The notes under the pieces were generated by a model. That model worked only from the letters and a program-made list of their open reading frames with translations. It searched no databases and was not told the origin of the DNA. Shown here one piece after another: positions 63,384 through 64,000 of a stretch of DNA of 64,000 nt. The stretch covers positions 21,270-85,269 of the IMG/VR virus record IMGVR_UViG_3300025936_000002, one strand, 5' to 3'. The DNA is from a virus. Taxonomy: Duplodnaviria; Caudoviricetes. How positions within the stretch are numbered: the first letter of the stretch is position 1; every line of letters starts with the position of its first letter. The position numbers were made by a program, and so were the translations under genes.

Positions 63384-63685
63384 TCGCTTGCCCAAAATGT
63401 GGTCTGCCTGGGATGGCCTGCTCCGAGACGCGGCTGACCAAGAGCGGCGCACGGAGGCGGCGAAAATGCGTTTGCGGTCATCGTGTGACGACGCTCGAGG
63501 CAATCGTTCACGGCCCGACGAAGACGCCGATCGATGATGTCGTGTTGGTTAGACGCAGCGCCTTGAACGCACTGGTCAAGGCCATGACAACGCTGCTCTC
63601 CGATCGCTCAGACGTTGCCGATTTGATCGTCGAGGCAGGTGAGGACACCGGTTCAATCGATCAAGCCTTGACGGTTGACGGCTGA
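63380..63685 (+). CDS. NrdR-like Zn-ribbon protein (second copy)
   Basis: CPKC..ETR..RRRRKCVCGHRVTTLE. Confidence 0.75.
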   Translation: MIACPKCGLPGMACSETRLTKSGARRRRKCVCGHRVTTLEAIVHGPTKTPIDDVVLVRRSALNALVKAMTTLLSDRSDVADLIVEAGEDTGSIDQALTVDG

Positions 63686-63687
63686 AA

Positions 63688-63731
63688 ACTAATACTGGGT
63701 AGGGTTAGCCTATAATCTACCCAGTATTAGT
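63688..63731. repeat. perfect 15-bp inverted repeat with a 14-nt spacer
   Basis: actaatactgggtag / ctacccagtattagt; spacer ends in TATAAT. Confidence 0.9.
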
Positions 63732-63778
63732 GTTTATTTGAAGCACGGCACTCCACGGCGCTAAATCTATCGCCGTCC

Positions 63779-64000
63779 ATGGCGAGGCCCGATCCTGAGT
63801 ACGACTTCGTTCCGTGTCGGGACGATAAGTGCGGGGTGCTCGGGGTCCATCCTGAGCATCCAACCGAGCCAGAAGCCCGCAGGAAGGTACTTACAGACTG
63901 CCCCGCATGTAGCTCGCCACTGATTCGTCTGCCCGGGCGACGCATCAAAGGCGAACCGTTGGAGGCTCGTGGGCGATGCAGTCGCTGCCCGTGGCGTGGC
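63779..64000 (+). CDS. Cys-rich protein, runs off the window end
   Basis: MARPDPEYDFVPC..C..CPAC..CSRC; no stop before 64000. Confidence 0.45.
   Translation, partial: MARPDPEYDFVPCRDDKCGVLGVHPEHPTEPEARRKVLTDCPACSSPLIRLPGRRIKGEPLEARGRCSRCPWRG

Noticed and set aside
63668-63716. Canonical sigma70 promoter TTGACG...TATAAT
   Set aside because: The spacing is 30 or 37 nt rather than about 17.

Overview
This is a gene-dense window of roughly 60% GC (estimated by eye from sampled lines), with about 125 mostly small ORFs and frequent strand switches. It most likely comes from a large, non-tailed, membrane-containing dsDNA virus (or provirus/extrachromosomal element) of a myxobacterium-like host. 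I see no rRNA, tRNA, CRISPR array, integrase, terminase, portal, HK97-type capsid, tail tube/sheath, DNA polymerase or packaging ATPase. What is present: (i) Virion-like genes: two candidate jelly-roll capsid proteins (235 and 165 aa), a triplicated ~150-aa beta-rich protein, two fibre-like proteins, small basic Cys-containing proteins, and 14 proteins with only a C-terminal membrane anchor. (ii) A recurrent (L/M/I)-x-G-L-G motif in these proteins, at N-terminal propeptide positions or just before the membrane anchors. It matches the adenovirus-protease consensus, and a membrane-tethered transglutaminase-like Cys-His-Asp enzyme carrying the same motif is the candidate maturation protease. (iii) Candidate virion-modifying enzymes: two glycosyltransferases, a thioredoxin and a SleB-like hydrolase. 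(iv) DNA and nucleotide genes: SF2, SNF2 and SF3-like helicases, PD-(D/E)xK and TOPRIM nucleases, two ParB-like proteins, HNH, NADAR, a stand-alone TSCPD domain, a deoxyribosyltransferase-like protein and a HAD phosphatase. (v) A stand-alone release-factor GGQ-domain protein. (vi) 19 extended -10 boxes (TGnTAnnnT), 16 of them 6-10 nt before start codons, suggesting gene-by-gene leaderless transcription. Host clues are a myxobacterial-style lipoprotein, a decayed toxin-antitoxin pair and CGATCG enrichment. All family assignments come from motif recognition by eye; no database search or structure prediction was run.
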